Assembly: GCA_900546275.1 (NCBI GenBank)
Contig: URCH01000003.1
Location: 37,991-101,990 of the forward strand
From: an uncultured Mycoplasmatota bacterium
Lineage (GTDB): Bacteria > Bacillota_I > Bacilli_A > RF39 > UBA660
DNA length: 64,000 nucleotides
Reading direction: 5' to 3'
Translations under genes and position numbers: made by a program
Shown here: one piece after another, positions 62,087-64,000 of the stretch
How the letters are laid out: every line of letters starts with the position of its first letter
How positions within the stretch are numbered: position 1 is the first letter of the stretch
The notes under the pieces: model-generated
Seen by the model: the letters and a program-made list of their open reading frames with translations, nothing else
What the model was told of the DNA's origin: nothing
Databases searched by the model: none

Positions 62087-63624
62087 TATACTACCACCTT
62101 TTTCTTAAAAATTTTACTTTTTATCATAATTATAAATTGATCTCTTTCTGTTTTGTTAAATAAAACAATAAAGTTTATTATTAATCCAATTACGCCAGAA
62201 ATTCCACATATAGCAATTAAGTAAAGCCAATTTGTTATTTTGAAAATACTACCAATAAAAGTAAAACAAACTATTAATAATACTGAAGAAAAAAGACATT
62301 TAAAAATGGTAGGATAAAAAGTTTTTTTAGATATATTTAAGCACTTGGAAGCATATATAGGTGTAAATGTCAAATTTTTAATAGTTCCAACCAATATACT
62401 AATTCCTGCAATAGCATATATACCTAAATTAGTAAATTTTAAAACAAAAAATAATAATAATACATTCAAGAAACCTAAACATATAGTAACAATTGAATTT
62501 ACTTTTAATTTATTGGTAATTGTAAAAGTATCAAATAAACTATTTATTGCAGCTGAAACAATTCCTCCGGCAATTGTTATAACTGTTAAATGATATATTA
62601 ATAATACATTTTGATTAGGTAACCACAAATTAATAAATTGATATCCAAATGCAATCAATCCACAAATAACAATATTAGAAAAAAAAGTTGTTAATTTCAT
62701 TGAAAAAATCATTTCTTTTACAAAAGCGGAAATATTATTTTTTGCATAGTGAATTGTAAGTTGAGGTTGAAACACAGCAGTAACAGTACAAATTAAGTTA
62801 TTTACAATAGTAGATAATGTTTTTGCTACAGCTAACTGTCCCATAGCAACAGAATCTATAAAAATATTACTTAATAACAAGTCCAAGCCATCAGATAATA
62901 TTTGACCCAATTTCGTAATTGTATTCCAAATCCCTGAAGCAATAATTTGAACTACTTTTTTAAAATCATAATATATTTTTTTTATCTTAATATTTGGTAA
63001 TAATTTTTTAGTATATATAATATTAAAAATCAAAACATATAATGAGGAAATACAAGTTGCAACACCTATAAATGAAACTGAGGTTCCTAAAAATGAAAAG
63101 AACAAAATTAAAAATACAACCCTTATAATATTGGACTCTAAATTTCTAAGTGAACTGATATCCAATCTATTTGCAGCATATGTCGAAACGGAAAACACCG
63201 AGTTCATAATTCCTATAAAAAAATTTATAAAAACCAATAAAAATAGGATTTTAACGTCATTTGTAATAAATGTAGGAATTGAAATAAACTTATCCAAAAA
63301 TATTACACATATTATTGATGGAATAAGTAAAATTAAAGATAAAAAAGCATTTGCTGCAAAAATAGATGTAAAATATTTGTTTGCCTCTTCAATATTATCT
63401 TGATGTATATATATTGTAATATATCTCCCAGCCATAGAATTTAAAGCGATTGTAAGCAATGAAGCATAATTAACAAAATTATTTGCTAATGAAATAAAAC
63501 CGTATGCTTCAACTCCTACATTTTCAGTAACATAAGGGGTCAAGAAAAAGCTTATTCCCAAATTAATAACAAACATCATCAATGATAAAAACATATTTAT
63601 TGATAATCTTTTTTTATTAGTCAT
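62086..63624 (-). CDS. MOP-family oligosaccharide flippase (Wzx-like)
   Basis: 512 aa, ~14 TM helices and a typical Wzx N-terminus. Confidence 0.8.
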   Translation of the reverse strand: MTNKKRLSINMFLSLMMFVINLGISFFLTPYVTENVGVEAYGFISLANNFVNYASLLTIALNSMAGRYITIYIHQDNIEEANKYFTSIFAANAFLSLILLIPSIICVIFLDKFISIPTFITNDVKILFLLVFINFFIGIMNSVFSVSTYAANRLDISSLRNLESNIIRVVFLILFFSFLGTSVSFIGVATCISSLYVLIFNIIYTKKLLPNIKIKKIYYDFKKVVQIIASGIWNTITKLGQILSDGLDLLLSNIFIDSVAMGQLAVAKTLSTIVNNLICTVTAVFQPQLTIHYAKNNISAFVKEMIFSMKLTTFFSNIVICGLIAFGYQFINLWLPNQNVLLIYHLTVITIAGGIVSAAINSLFDTFTITNKLKVNSIVTICLGFLNVLLLFFVLKFTNLGIYAIAGISILVGTIKNLTFTPIYASKCLNISKKTFYPTIFKCLFSSVLLIVCFTFIGSIFKITNWLYLIAICGISGVIGLIINFIVLFNKTERDQFIIMIKSKIFKKKVVV

Positions 63625-64000
63625 TATTGTTGCTCCTTTTTTTTAGTATTTCAACAAAACCATCATAGTATTTTTCTAAAGTGAATTTTTTAGACTGTTT
63701 TACACTTTCATTAGACATACTTGCTTTTTTTTCTTTATCATTATATAAACTATCAATAGCGGAAGAAATATTATCTACTAAATTATCATTTCGTTCTAAT
63801 AAAATTGCGTTCTTAGATGTTACTTGTTCAACAATTCCTCCAGAATACGTTGAAATAATTGGTAAACCGCTTGCCATAGCCTCTAAAACAGATAAAGGAA
63901 ATGCGTCCTCACATAATGACGGTGCCACAAATACATCAGCTATATTGTAATATTTATAAATTTCAGTATTTGGAACATAACCTGTAAAAACGACATCCTG
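63617..64000 (-). CDS. Family 4 glycosyltransferase, C-terminal part only (gene continues beyond the window end)
   Basis: Motif CEDAFPLSVLEAMASGLPIIST (E-X7-E). The reading frame stays open to position 64000 (...QDVVFTGYVPNTEIYKYYNIADVFVAPS). Confidence 0.75.
   Translation of the reverse strand, partial: QDVVFTGYVPNTEIYKYYNIADVFVAPSLCEDAFPLSVLEAMASGLPIISTYSGGIVEQVTSKNAILLERNDNLVDNISSAIDSLYNDKEKKASMSNESVKQSKKFTLEKYYDGFVEILKKRSNNND

Noticed and set aside
63617-63928. The 103-aa ORF as a stand-alone small protein.
   Set aside because: The frame stays open upstream to the window edge and the sequence is the C-terminal E-X7-E region of a GT4 glycosyltransferase. It is a truncated view of a larger gene.

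Overview
This window is a very AT-rich (roughly 25-28% GC by eye) chromosomal segment from a low-GC Gram-positive, Clostridia- or Bacilli-like bacterium, probably an endospore former. The window mixes conserved housekeeping synteny with accessory content. Housekeeping genes include the dnaG-sigA-trmK operon, relA-dtd, tgt, the lexA region with yneF and sirA-like genes, mutL, uvrC, murC, murF, rnhC and trxA. Accessory content comprises scattered type IV pilus genes (pilB, pilD, an N-terminally extended pilC and three pilin-like fusion proteins), a TetR-YhgE/Pip pair, and a large minus-strand cell-surface polysaccharide locus (47.6-64 kb) containing GT2 and GT4 glycosyltransferases, a Wzy-like polymerase, a Wzx flippase, an MBOAT/DHHW O-acylation pair, GalE, ManC, and a putative sialic-acid-like (ulosonic acid) module. 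The most noteworthy features are: (1) a complete type III toxin-antitoxin locus, with promoter, three 35-nt tandem ToxI-like RNA repeats, terminator hairpin and toxN/abiQ gene, at 46.16-46.88 kb; (2) a small SOS-box-flanked membrane protein divergent from lexA; (3) a tightly coupled three-gene cassette of unknown function fused to the tgt operon; (4) a cytidylyltransferase / GT52-like transferase / HMGL-type aldolase trio in the polysaccharide locus; (5) several clearly decayed genes: lepB with a frameshift plus three in-frame TAA codons, a frameshifted bPH-domain gene, a nonsense-interrupted repeat protein, and a frameshifted collagen-like BclA-type gene. No rRNA, tRNA or CRISPR arrays were seen. 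All calls rest on reading motifs in the supplied translations and the DNA; no database search was possible.
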